Positions 18,016 to 26,886 are shown, counted from the stretch's first letter. The stretch is 39,567 bases of DNA from an uncultured Thermodesulfobacteriota bacterium (GCA_964556045.1 CAZKUZ010000023.1:1-39567); one strand, 5' to 3'. The notes: generated by a model not told the origin, from the letters alone. Program-made: numbers and translations.

Positions 18016-18533
18016 CGCTCAAACGTCTCCTCTATTTCTACATCGCCTACCTGATCCTGTCCGCGGCCTTCGCCAGAAAAGGCCTAACCTGGCTGACCGG
18101 CCTCATCGGTCACCCGGGGATCCGGAACCTCTCCTGGGTCCTCCTGGGAGGGAGCTTGCTCCTGCTCATCCTCCTCTTCCGGAAAGACCGCCCCCCATGG
18201 CCCCGGATCCTGGCCGTCACGCTCTCCTTCGTGGGAATCTTCCTCTTCCTGAAAGGCATGCACAAACCCGAGGAGCGGATTCACATCTTTCAATACGGGC
18301 TGCTTGGATACCTTCTCATGGCCACCTTGCGGGAAAAAAGCTGGAAACAGGCCCTTCTCCTGAGCCTTTTGATCGTCCTGGCCGTCTCGGGGGCCGATGA
18401 ACTCTTCCAGGCCTTCCTGCCGGACCGCGTGGGGGATATCCGGGATGTGGGATTCGGGTGCCTCGGGGGAACATGGGGAATCGTGGTAGCGAGCCTTACT
18501 TTGAAAAGGGGGCCATCCCGCTCCACCGGGTGA
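18012..18533 (+). CDS. VanZ-family membrane protein
   Basis: The ATG at 18012 overlaps the MBL gene stop (ATGA). The product MTLKRLLYFYIAYLILSAAF... has four hydrophobic segments and DELFQAFLPDRVGDIRDVGFGCLGG. The track ORF (from 17526) is an artefactual upstream extension. Confidence 0.75.
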   Translation: MTLKRLLYFYIAYLILSAAFARKGLTWLTGLIGHPGIRNLSWVLLGGSLLLLILLFRKDRPPWPRILAVTLSFVGIFLFLKGMHKPEERIHIFQYGLLGYLLMATLREKSWKQALLLSLLIVLAVSGADELFQAFLPDRVGDIRDVGFGCLGGTWGIVVASLTLKRGPSRSTG

Positions 18534-18543
18534 ACCAGGCCAC

Positions 18544-19344
18544 CTATTTCTCCTTCTTTTTCCCCTCCACCAGATAGACCTGCATCTTCCGATAAGGTAT
18601 CGTTATTCCCGCCTCGTCGAAGGCCACCTTGATCTTCTCGAGGAGTTCCGTCTTGGTCGTCCAGAAATCCTCCTTTTTCACCCAGGGCCGCACGAAGAGG
18701 TGGATGCCGTTCTCGGCCCATTCTCCCACGCCCACGAAGGGTTCGGGATCGTCAAGGATTCGGGGATCCTCCCGGAGCAGCCCCCAGAGAATTTCCTTGG
18801 CCTTTTCCAGGTCGTCCTCGTAGCTCACCGGAAAGACCATATCGATTCTGCGGATATCCTTGGCGGAATAGTTGATGATCTTATCGTTGTAGATCATGCT
18901 GTTGGGGATGATGATCCGACGGTTGTCCAGCGTCTTCATCACCGTGTTGAAGATGGTCACATCCTCGACCACGCCGGTCACCCCGGCCGTCTCGACGAAG
19001 TCATCGATCTTGAAGGGACGGAACAGGATCAGCAGGACACCGGAGGCAAAATTCTGAAGGGAATTCTTGAGGGCCAGGCCCACGGCAAGGCCCGCCGCCC
19101 CGAGAATCGCGATGAGCGAAGTGGTATCGACGCCCAGCTCATGGAGGGCGGCGATGATGATAAAGATCAGAAGGGCCACGTGGCAGAGGGAAGCGATGAA
19201 ATTGACAAGGATCTCGTCCAAATTCGCCTTCCTCAACACGCCCCGTAAGATCTTAACGGCGTATTTGACCACGATCCGCCCAACGAAAAAGATGGCGAGG
19301 GCAAAGAGGATATGCGTGCCCCATACAAACAAGGTGTCTTTCAT
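18544..19344 (-). CDS. Small-conductance mechanosensitive channel (MscS family)
   Basis: 266 aa with three N-terminal TM helices and GVLLILFRPFKIDDFVETAGVTGVVEDVTIFNTVMKTLDNRRIIIPNS. Confidence 0.9.
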   Translation of the reverse strand: MKDTLFVWGTHILFALAIFFVGRIVVKYAVKILRGVLRKANLDEILVNFIASLCHVALLIFIIIAALHELGVDTTSLIAILGAAGLAVGLALKNSLQNFASGVLLILFRPFKIDDFVETAGVTGVVEDVTIFNTVMKTLDNRRIIIPNSMIYNDKIINYSAKDIRRIDMVFPVSYEDDLEKAKEILWGLLREDPRILDDPEPFVGVGEWAENGIHLFVRPWVKKEDFWTTKTELLEKIKVAFDEAGITIPYRKMQVYLVEGKKKEK

Positions 19345-19495
19345 CTTGTCCCCTTTCCTTTATTTTTGGCTATCCCATCTCGTAACAAATCCGGCGGGGA
19401 AACGTCAAGGCAAGGCACAAATTACGTGTCGGGCGATCGTTTCTTATGATTTTTCACTAATTTTCCTTGCCAAAAAATTTGTTATCATTATATTC

Positions 19496-19524
19496 TTGAC
19501 ACGAGGGCCGGGATTTTGTATGAC
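19496..19524 (+). promoter_or_regulatory. Candidate sigma-70 promoter of the ferredoxin gene, with an AT-rich upstream tract
   Basis: TTGACA-N17-TATGAC, preceded by an A/T-rich UP-like stretch at 19441-19495. Confidence 0.45.
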
Positions 19525-19577
19525 GCGTCAAAACGAGTAGGAAGTTTAAAATGAGATCGGAACAGGAGTAAACAGCC

Positions 19578-19628
19578 ATGGGAAAGGAGGTGAACCCTGT
19601 TCCACTCAAAATCACAAAGGAGGTTTGA
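19578..19628 (+). CDS. Candidate 16-codon upstream ORF in the ferredoxin leader
   Basis: It encodes MGKEVNPVPLKITKEV and stops 3 nt before the ferredoxin ATG. Its last codons contain the ferredoxin SD (AAGGAGG). The ATG and first 8 codons lie within the GGAACAGG/CCTGTTCC hairpin (19559-19603). Speculative. Confidence 0.2.
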   Translation: MGKEVNPVPLKITKEV

Positions 19629-19631
19629 AAA

Positions 19632-19805
19632 ATGGCAGCAAAAGTAGACATCGATAAGTGTACAGCGTGTGGGACTTGTGCGGAAGTTTGTCCGGTCGAG
19701 GCCATTACGGTCGAAGATTATGCCATCGTCAACGAGGACGAGTGCGTGGATTGCGGTACCTGCGTGGATGAATGCCCTGAGGGTGCCATAACCTTGGAGG
19801 ATTAG
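19632..19805 (+). CDS. 2x[4Fe-4S] clostridial-type ferredoxin (57 aa)
   Basis: It is absent from the track because it is under 60 aa. The product is MAAKVDIDKCTACGTCAEVCPVEAITVEDYAIVNEDECVDCGTCVDECPEGAITLED, with two CxxCxxCxxxCP motifs. An AAGGAGG SD lies 8 nt upstream. Confidence 0.85.
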   Translation: MAAKVDIDKCTACGTCAEVCPVEAITVEDYAIVNEDECVDCGTCVDECPEGAITLED

Positions 19806-19814
19806 TTTTGAACC

Positions 19815-19847
19815 GGGGGAGAAGCCCGTCTTCTCCCCCCTCTTTTC
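19815..19847 (+). terminator. Rho-independent terminator after the ferredoxin gene
   Basis: The hairpin GGGGGAGAAG-cccgt-CTTCTCCCCC is followed by CTCTTTTC. Confidence 0.65.
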
Positions 19848-19963
19848 ATCCGCGTGAAGGCGCGGATCGAGACGCCGGAACGAAAGTGAAGGCGTTTTTT
19901 TATTTCCCGGCGTTCCCGCAACCGTCGCCTGGACTTTTGTCCTTCCTTCCTTTAGAAAAAGAT

Positions 19964-19990
19964 AAACCTTTTTTCACCATCGGGGTCTAA
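19964..19990 (+). promoter_or_regulatory. Possible ECF-type autoregulated promoter abutting the sigma-factor start
   Basis: AAACC...(about 16 nt)...GTCTAA resembles GAAC-N16-17-(C)GTC/TCTAA ECF promoters. The -10-like element ends 7 nt before the ATG, which implies a near-leaderless mRNA. The match is weak. Confidence 0.2.
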
Positions 19991-19997
19991 TCAATAG

Positions 19998-20543
19998 ATG
20001 GAGGATTCCCAGGAAACACGGCTGATCGATCTCGCGAGAAGGGGGGATCGTGACGCAATCACCCGTCTCGTGACACGCTATGAACGGGAGATCTTCTATT
20101 TCATCTACAGAATGACGCGAGACGTGGAGGACGCGAAGGACCTGACCCAGGAGGTGTTCATCAAGGTGTTTAGAAAGCTCGGCGGCTTTAGAGGAAACAG
20201 CTCCCTCCGCACATGGCTCTACCGGATTGCGACCAACCATACCCTCAACTTCCTTAACCGCAGCCCGCGCACGGGAACGCAAACCTCTCTCTCGGCCCTC
20301 TCCGACCCCTCCCCCTCGGTTCCGGAAACCATGGAGAGAAACGAACGCAGGGACCTGGTAATCAAGGCCGTCCACGAGCTCCCTCGCCAACAGAAGGCCA
20401 TCGTAATCCTCCGGGCCTACGAAGGCCTGACCTATCGCGAGATCGCCGAGGTCCTGGGATGCTCCGTCGGAAACTGCAAGGCCGCTTACCACAACGCGGT
20501 TATCAAACTCAGGGAGATTTTGAAAAATGAACTCGTCCTGTAA
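19998..20543 (+). CDS. ECF-subfamily RNA polymerase sigma-70 factor
   Basis: 181 aa. Region 2 is DAKDLTQEVFIKVFRKLGGFRGNSSLRTWLYRIATN, and region 4 is LPRQQKAIVILRAYEGLTYREIAEVLGCSVGNCKAAYHNA. Confidence 0.9.
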   Translation: MEDSQETRLIDLARRGDRDAITRLVTRYEREIFYFIYRMTRDVEDAKDLTQEVFIKVFRKLGGFRGNSSLRTWLYRIATNHTLNFLNRSPRTGTQTSLSALSDPSPSVPETMERNERRDLVIKAVHELPRQQKAIVILRAYEGLTYREIAEVLGCSVGNCKAAYHNAVIKLREILKNELVL

Positions 20544-21135
20544 GAACTTTCAGGCCCTTATTATCGACCTCCGGCAGGGGGAAAGCCTCTCCCCCGAAGA
20601 TCGGGAGGCCCTTGAGCGTCATCTCGCCGCATGCCCCGATTGCCGGGCGTTCCAGCGAGACATCGTCCAAATGTTCACGGAAATGGGAGACGAGACCCTT
20701 CCCCACCTTTCAGACGAATTCTTCCAAGAGATGAGAGGAAACATCCTCCGCGGCCTTCGCGAGAATACGCCCGAAAAGAGGACAGGGCTCAAGGGCCTCC
20801 TTCCCTCCTTCTCATCGTTCCAGGCCCCCTGGCGAGGGATCCTCGTTCCCCTCTTCTCCGGGGTGTGTGGCCTCCTTCTCGGTTTCCTCCTCGCCACGAC
20901 CCGGGCACCGATTGCCCCGCCCTCGAAACACGCGCCTGCCGGGACGCAAATCCAGAAGACGATGGCCCTAAAATCCCCGGACGACTCGACGCTTGTGGAA
21001 ACGCTGGAAGACTACGTAAATCTCGACGAGTTTCTCGACAGCCTGGACGACCAGGACATGCAGGTCCTCTTGGGGGAACTATCCAACGATCTCCCTGAAC
21101 CTCTCTTGAATGAAACGGAGAACGGAACGGGTTAA
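20527..21135 (+). CDS. Anti-sigma factor with an N-terminal zf-HC2 domain and one TM segment
   Basis: It overlaps the sigma gene by 17 nt. H-x3-C-x2-C is present (ERHLAACPDCRAF), along with a central hydrophobic helix (ILVPLFSGVCGLLLGFLLA). Confidence 0.75.
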   Translation: MNSSCKNFQALIIDLRQGESLSPEDREALERHLAACPDCRAFQRDIVQMFTEMGDETLPHLSDEFFQEMRGNILRGLRENTPEKRTGLKGLLPSFSSFQAPWRGILVPLFSGVCGLLLGFLLATTRAPIAPPSKHAPAGTQIQKTMALKSPDDSTLVETLEDYVNLDEFLDSLDDQDMQVLLGELSNDLPEPLLNETENGTG

Positions 21136-22532
21136 ACGCCCTTGCGCGGCTTCCTTCCAAGGCCTTCCAAGCCCCAGGCCTTGAGGAGATACTCTATCTT
21201 CCGCTTACTGATCCCCAGGATCTCCGCCGTCCGTCCGCGATGGTATCCCGTGCTTTCGAGGGTCTTGAGGATGAGGGCCTTCTCAGCCTCCTTCAAAGGC
21301 GTTCCAACGGGAAGGACGACGGCCTGGTCCCCCTGGGCCTCGTCCCTCAACTCCCGGATATGCGCCGGTAAATGCTCCACCGAGATCTCCCCCCCGCGAC
21401 AGAGAATCACCGCCCTTTCCACCGTGTGCTCCAGTTCACGGACGTTTCCCGGCCAACCGTATCTCTCCAGCACCTGCATGGCCTCCCCGGAAAACCCCTC
21501 GATAGCCTTTTTTTGAATAGTGGAAAACCGCTCGAGAAAGGCCCGCGCCAACACGGGAATATCTCCGCGCCTTTCCCGCAGCGGCGGCACCCTGATGGTG
21601 ATAACGTTCAGGCGGTAGAAGAGATCCTCCCGGAAGGTCCCCTTCTCAATCTCCCCTTTGAGATCACGGTTCGTAGCGGAGAGAATACGCACGTCGGCTT
21701 GCAGGGACCGGGTTCCCCCCAGCCTCTCGAAGGTCCCATACTCCAGGGTCCGCAGAATCTTCGCCTGGGTTTCCAGGCTCATCTCCCCGATCTCATCCAG
21801 GAACAAGGTCCCCCCATCGGCCAGCTCGAACCGGCCCTTTTTCTGCTTGACGGCCCCCGTGAAAGCCCCCCTCTCGTGGCCGAAAAGCTCACTCTCCAGG
21901 AGATTTTCGTGAAGGGCCGCGCAGTTGACCACCACGAAAGGGCCCTCGGAACGCTCGCTGTGGCGGTGGATCGCACGCGCGACCAGCTCCTTCCCCGTCC
22001 CCGTCTCCCCCTCGATGAGGACGGGAACGTCGGAAGGGGCCACTTCCCGGATCGTCTTGAGGACCTCCCGTATCTCCCGCGACGTCCCGAGAATGTCGGG
22101 GGCGACAGGCTGCCCGCCCAGGCGTTTGAGAAGCTCCTTGTTCTGACGGATCAGGGCGCGCTTCTGGAGGATCCGCGTGAGCACGATTTCCAGCTCGTCC
22201 GGATTGAGCGGTTTCGTGAGGTAGGACTCCGCCCCCTTCTGCATGGCGGCGACAGCGTCCTGGATGCTGCCGTATCCCGTCATCAGGATGACGTCGGTTC
22301 CCGGGTAGTGGTGTTGCACCTCCGCCATGAGTTGAATCCCGTTCATACCCGGGAGGCGGATATCGGAGATGATCACATCAACGGCCCGGCTTCCCAGGAT
22401 CTCGAGGGCGGCCTCCGCCCGTTCGACGGCAATGATCTCCCTGCCCGGCTTGGAGAGGAACTGCCGCATCCCCTTCAGGGTATTCGTGTCGTCGTCCACG
22501 ATGAGGATGGTATCGACCAATTTCGAGGTCAT
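21132..22532 (-). CDS. Sigma-54-dependent response regulator (NtrC family: REC + AAA+ + Fis-type HTH)
   Basis: The REC domain reads ILIVDDD...DVIISDIRLPGMNG. The AAA+ domain carries GETGTGKE, the GAFTGA motif and FLDEIGEM. The C-terminal HTH reads RGRTAEILGISKRKIEYLLK. Confidence 0.93.
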   Translation of the reverse strand: MTSKLVDTILIVDDDTNTLKGMRQFLSKPGREIIAVERAEAALEILGSRAVDVIISDIRLPGMNGIQLMAEVQHHYPGTDVILMTGYGSIQDAVAAMQKGAESYLTKPLNPDELEIVLTRILQKRALIRQNKELLKRLGGQPVAPDILGTSREIREVLKTIREVAPSDVPVLIEGETGTGKELVARAIHRHSERSEGPFVVVNCAALHENLLESELFGHERGAFTGAVKQKKGRFELADGGTLFLDEIGEMSLETQAKILRTLEYGTFERLGGTRSLQADVRILSATNRDLKGEIEKGTFREDLFYRLNVITIRVPPLRERRGDIPVLARAFLERFSTIQKKAIEGFSGEAMQVLERYGWPGNVRELEHTVERAVILCRGGEISVEHLPAHIRELRDEAQGDQAVVLPVGTPLKEAEKALILKTLESTGYHRGRTAEILGISKRKIEYLLKAWGLEGLGRKPRKGV

Positions 22533-23626
22533 TTCGACCTCCCCGGCAACGTTATTTTGAAGGCAGCCCCAACCTCTGAAGGTACCAGCGAAATCGTCCC
22601 CCCGTGGGTTTCCACGATATTCTTCACGATGGACAATCCCAGTCCCGTCCCTTTCGGCTTCCCGGAGAAGAAGGGATCGAAGACCTTTTCCGCCAGCGAC
22701 TTGGGGATTCCAGGACCATCATCGGAAACGGTCAAGGTTACTTCTCCGTCCGCCTCGGACGAGAGGGAGACGGTGATCTTTCCCCCTTCATGGAGGGCGT
22801 CCATGGCGTTACGGAGGAGGTTGACGAGCACCTGGCGGAAACGGTCCCGATCGATCACGGCCATATAGGGGGCCCCTCCCATCTCCAGAACGACCGTTAT
22901 CCCGCGCTTCTCCAGGTCACCCCTCAGAAGCTCCACCGCGGAGGCCACGATTTCCCTCAAGTCCGTGGGGGCGGTGTTCAGGGATTCCTGGCGGGTAAAG
23001 GTCAGGAAGTCCTGGGTAATCTTGGTGAGACGCGCGATCTCCTCGTTGACGATCTCCGCGACCTCGGCGATCCGGTCCACGCAGGCGGTATCCCGGCAGG
23101 TCTCCCTGATCTTCTTAAGCAGTGCCATCTGGAACGAGATGGCGTTCAAGGGATTCCGCACCTCGTGCGCCAGCTCGGCCGCGAACTGACCGATGGCCTT
23201 GAGGGTGCGGGATTTGATCAGTTCCTGCTCCAGCCGCTTCTCCTGCGTGACATCCCGGGTTATCTCCACCACGAAGGGGATCCTACCCTCCGCGTCTCGA
23301 AGGGGATAGGTGGTCAAAAGGAAGAAATAGGGGTCTCCCTCCGTGTCCGTGTAGCCGAACTCCGTGTGGAGGGTCTCGCCCGTCTCGAAGGTCTTCTGCG
23401 TGGTACAGAAAGGGCAGGGCCGGTCGAAGTGGTTGAAAACCTCATAACACCTCCGGCCCAAAACCTGTGCCGGTTCCTTGAACAGTTTCCTCGCGGCCGT
23501 CTGATTCACATAGACAATCCGATAGGCCTTGTCCACGATCTTCAGGTCGTCCGTCAGCCCGTCAATCACCCCTTGAAAATAGTCATGGACGGGAAAATCT
23601 ATATGAGAATCACCCGATTTCTTCAT
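22529..23626 (-). CDS. Cytoplasmic PAS-domain sensor histidine kinase
   Basis: I set the start at the ATG at 23626 (MKKSGDSH...). The PAS domain has Cys60/Cys71/Cys74. The H-box is FAAELAHEVRNPLN, followed by N, G1 (DDGPGIP) and G2 (GTGLGLSIV) boxes. The stop overlaps the regulator start (ATGA). No TM segment is present. Confidence 0.85.
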   Translation of the reverse strand: MKKSGDSHIDFPVHDYFQGVIDGLTDDLKIVDKAYRIVYVNQTAARKLFKEPAQVLGRRCYEVFNHFDRPCPFCTTQKTFETGETLHTEFGYTDTEGDPYFFLLTTYPLRDAEGRIPFVVEITRDVTQEKRLEQELIKSRTLKAIGQFAAELAHEVRNPLNAISFQMALLKKIRETCRDTACVDRIAEVAEIVNEEIARLTKITQDFLTFTRQESLNTAPTDLREIVASAVELLRGDLEKRGITVVLEMGGAPYMAVIDRDRFRQVLVNLLRNAMDALHEGGKITVSLSSEADGEVTLTVSDDGPGIPKSLAEKVFDPFFSGKPKGTGLGLSIVKNIVETHGGTISLVPSEVGAAFKITLPGRSK

Positions 23627-23652
23627 CTCTTCCGTTCCTAAACACAGCGATG

Positions 23653-25317
23653 TCACTCCGCCTTCAAAAAATAGTCCAGGTAGGTCTTCCCCCTGAGCAT
23701 GAAAATCACCCTCTCCTCCCGGAAGGGCTGTATATAACAAAATGACTTATTTTTCAGCCTTCCGAAATTGCTCTTCCTTAGGGTATCGATGACCACACAG
23801 TCGGGGTGTTCCTTCAAGTACTTTATGAAGCTGTTCCCCTTCAGCGAAACGAGGGGGGATTTCAATCGCCCAAGGAACTGGAATTCCCCATGGTAGGCCC
23901 CGATATAGGCCACACAGTTTCCCTCATCCATCTTTGCCTTTATCTGCCGGGCAAGGGGCTTCAGATCGTACCTCTTCAGGATCTCCTTTCCTCCAAGCCC
24001 AAGGACCAAGGAGAGGGCGAAGGCCACGCACACGGCCGTGGCTCTCAGGAAACCCTCGGAAGAGTCAAACGTCCGGAAAAGGAGGAAAACACCCACGCCG
24101 AGGAGGTAAATCCCCATGGGAACGACCGCCCCCCAGGGGAGCGTTCCGGTGTTCGTGCTCAAACGGACCATCGGTAAAAGGAAGGCGGCTACCCCCAGCA
24201 GCACCAGGCCTATCCCGATTCCCCACGGCCTCCAGGCAAGGGGATAGGCCTCCTCTTCCCACCTCGTAACGTTCCTGGCGATCAAGAGAATCACGGCGGG
24301 GATGGAGGGGATGAGATAATACACCTGTTTCCCGCTGATAAAGGAAAAAATCACCAGGCTCGACAAAAACCACGATACGCACACCCTCCACCCGGTTTCC
24401 TTCCTCTTTTCCTTCGCGAAAAGTCCCTGCCATGCCCTCCCTGCGAACACCCACGGCAAAAACAGGATGGGAAGGATCGGGAAATACCACCAGGCCGGCT
24501 GCCGATGGGCGAAAGAGTCGACGACCCGTTCCGCCGTTTGACGCCACAAGAGGGCATGACGATAGGCCTCCCCCCCCTGGATGACGGCGGGAACGACCCA
24601 GAGGGCGGAAAGGGCGAGGCCGAAGAGAAGGGACCCAACGCCCTTCGCGTACCAGGCCAAAAGAGGCCTCTTCCGAAGCCCTCCCCACCAGAAAACCAGC
24701 CCCATCAGGGGAACCACGTGGACCAGGATCACGGGACCCTTCGTCAAGATCCCCCCCGCAATTCCGAGGGAGACAAACAGCCAGTGCCGCGTTTTCCCCG
24801 TTTTGTACGCAGACAAGACCCCGAACACACACACCAGGACCCAAAAGCTCAGGAGCATCTCATAGAGGATCAAAAAGGACCAGACCATCCAGATCAGCGT
24901 GGACGAGAGGAGAAGGGCGGCTGCCTTCGCCGTCTTTTCGTTATCCGGCCAGAGCAGCAGGCTGATCCTGTAGACGAGAAAAACGCCTCCCATACTGAAA
25001 AGCATGGGAATGAGACGCGGCGTAATCTCGTTGACCCCGAAGATCCACCAGCTCAGGTGAATCAGCCAGAAGAGCAGCGGGGGCTTGTGGGTATAGGGAA
25101 CCCCGTTCAAGAGGGGAACGATGAAAGATTTGTGGAGCCACATCTCCCAGGCCACGGAGAGGCTTCGCGTCTCGTCGATGGGCAGGAGGGGGAGGAAGAG
25201 GATGGCGCTGATCCCCACCCACAGGATGATCGCGAAAGGAATCCACAATGTCTTGAATGTCTTCACGTCCCAAGCAACCCGCAAAAGACAGAGGTGAACG
25301 GCGGGTTCATGAACCAA
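23653..25317 (-). CDS. Glycosyltransferase family 39 (ArnT/PMT-like) polytopic membrane protein
   Basis: ...LPIDETRSLSVAWEMWLHKSF...GVPYTHKPPLLFWLI..., followed by many TM helices. The start is uncertain: TTG at 25317 or GTG at 25266, with no in-frame ATG nearby. Confidence 0.78.
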   Translation of the reverse strand: MVHEPAVHLCLLRVAWDVKTFKTLWIPFAIILWVGISAILFLPLLPIDETRSLSVAWEMWLHKSFIVPLLNGVPYTHKPPLLFWLIHLSWWIFGVNEITPRLIPMLFSMGGVFLVYRISLLLWPDNEKTAKAAALLLSSTLIWMVWSFLILYEMLLSFWVLVCVFGVLSAYKTGKTRHWLFVSLGIAGGILTKGPVILVHVVPLMGLVFWWGGLRKRPLLAWYAKGVGSLLFGLALSALWVVPAVIQGGEAYRHALLWRQTAERVVDSFAHRQPAWWYFPILPILFLPWVFAGRAWQGLFAKEKRKETGWRVCVSWFLSSLVIFSFISGKQVYYLIPSIPAVILLIARNVTRWEEEAYPLAWRPWGIGIGLVLLGVAAFLLPMVRLSTNTGTLPWGAVVPMGIYLLGVGVFLLFRTFDSSEGFLRATAVCVAFALSLVLGLGGKEILKRYDLKPLARQIKAKMDEGNCVAYIGAYHGEFQFLGRLKSPLVSLKGNSFIKYLKEHPDCVVIDTLRKSNFGRLKNKSFCYIQPFREERVIFMLRGKTYLDYFLKAE

Positions 25318-25396
25318 GTCACGTCACCTGAACAAAACAAGTTTTACGCCTCCATATGGCAATGGCTCAAAGACAAAAACAAAAATCCTTGTGAGC

Positions 25397-26290
25397 CTAT
25401 GTGAGCAGGTGCGACTCAATGATCTGATCCACGGAAAAACCGGGGATTTGCAGATAGAAACGGACGACTTCCTCCAGGGAGGCCATGGGTGTCAAGCCGA
25501 TCAGCTCACATTCGGCAATCTGCACCCCGTAACGGGCCGCCTCGAACCGGATGGTCTCCACTACCCGATGGATGGGGGTCTCCTTGAAATTGACCAGGTT
25601 CATGGAAACCTGAACCATCCCCTTGTCCTCCAGGGTCACGCCCATGGCCTTGACCGCCTTGAAACCGCCGGTCTTGTACCGCACCGCGCGGGCGATGGCA
25701 TCCGCAATCGTCTTGTCATTCGTGTGGAGATTCACGTTGAAGGCGATCAAGGGGGGACGCGCGCCCACGATGGTGGCTCCGGCCTTCGGGTTGAAGTCCG
25801 CTACACCGGCGTCCGGCTGTCCCTCCGGCTTTTTCAGCTTCTCCGGCAGGCCCTCGTACTGCCCCCTCCGCACATCCGCCAGGTTCCGGCGATCCTCCCG
25901 CAAGGCCGCCTCTTCGTAGAAATAGATGGGAATCCCCGCGCTCTCTCCCAGCTCTCTGCCGAATCGATGGGCGATCTCAACCGCCTCGGACATCTCCATC
26001 CCCCGAATGGGGACAAAGGGAACCACGTCCACCGCGCCCATCCGAGGATGACTGCCCTGGTGATTACGCATGTCGATGCGCTCGATGGCGGCCAACGCCA
26101 ACGCCATCATGGCCTTGGGAACCTCTTTCGCCGGGCCGAGCAGGGTAATCACGCTCCGGTTGTGATCCTTGTCGGATGAAACGTTCAGGCATTTCACGGC
26201 CTCAAACGGTTCCAGCGCCGCGAGAATCGCTTCGATCTTCGCCTTGTCTCTTCCTTCGCTGATGTTGGGAATACATTCCAAAACCTTCAT
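25397..26290 (-). CDS. ftcD: Glutamate formimidoyltransferase
   Basis: MKVLECIPNISEGRD... at 297 aa matches the formiminotransferase N- and C-subdomain family. Confidence 0.85.
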   Translation of the reverse strand: MKVLECIPNISEGRDKAKIEAILAALEPFEAVKCLNVSSDKDHNRSVITLLGPAKEVPKAMMALALAAIERIDMRNHQGSHPRMGAVDVVPFVPIRGMEMSEAVEIAHRFGRELGESAGIPIYFYEEAALREDRRNLADVRRGQYEGLPEKLKKPEGQPDAGVADFNPKAGATIVGARPPLIAFNVNLHTNDKTIADAIARAVRYKTGGFKAVKAMGVTLEDKGMVQVSMNLVNFKETPIHRVVETIRFEAARYGVQIAECELIGLTPMASLEEVVRFYLQIPGFSVDQIIESHLLT

Positions 26291-26350
26291 GGCATCTGTT
26301 TCCTTCCTCGTATTGTTTATTTTTTTATAATAACATGAATAGGGGATGGG

Positions 26351-26390
26351 ATAAAATAAAGGGGCAGGATCTCCTAAAAACCCTGCCCCT
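26351..26390 (-). terminator. Rho-independent terminator after the cytochrome c3 gene
   Basis: The stem AGGGGCAGG (26360-26368) / CCTGCCCCT (26382-26390) is followed on the minus strand by TTATTTTAT. Confidence 0.65.
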
Positions 26391-26409
26391 AAAACAAACT
26401 GAACCTCAA

Positions 26410-26787
26410 TTATTTCTTATGGCAACCACTACACTTGGTGGGCCCGGCCTTCTTTCCGGCTTTCTTCATCGCCTTATGGCACCCTTTACAGCTATGATCG
26501 CTCTTGTGTGCCATGTCATAGAGCTTGGGAACGTCTCCCTCTTTCTTCGGTTTATGACATTCTTTACATCCCTTCGGTTCCTTGCTCTTGTCCTTCCACA
26601 TGTGGTGGCATGTCTCACACTTCACACCCGCCTTGATGTGGATGGAATGATCGAAGGTCACCGTCCCCTTCTTGCACTCAAACGTCATGGGTTTGTCCGG
26701 GGCCTTCACCTCAGCCTGAGCTGTGATGGCCGCCACCATCGTAACCACGAACATAAGGGCCAAAACACCTATAAAGAATTTTTTCAC
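26410..26787 (-). CDS. Periplasmic tetraheme cytochrome c3-family protein
   Basis: A signal peptide and four CXXCH motifs (CETCH, CKECH, CKGCH, CSGCH) in 125 aa, with additional His residues available as distal ligands. The GTG start lies 8 nt after AGGAGG. Confidence 0.9.
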   Translation of the reverse strand: MKKFFIGVLALMFVVTMVAAITAQAEVKAPDKPMTFECKKGTVTFDHSIHIKAGVKCETCHHMWKDKSKEPKGCKECHKPKKEGDVPKLYDMAHKSDHSCKGCHKAMKKAGKKAGPTKCSGCHKK

Positions 26788-26886
26788 CTACCTCACCTCC
26801 TTTCCTTTTGTGTTGATTTAGACGCGTTGCCCGCATCTTTTATTCATTTTCCAACATAACCATTAAACATGATTTGGTCGGATTGT

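Noticed and set aside
19457-19705. An 82-aa minus-strand track ORF overlapping the ferredoxin start.
   Set aside because: It is antisense to a textbook 2x[4Fe-4S] ferredoxin with an SD and a terminator, and it has no motifs.
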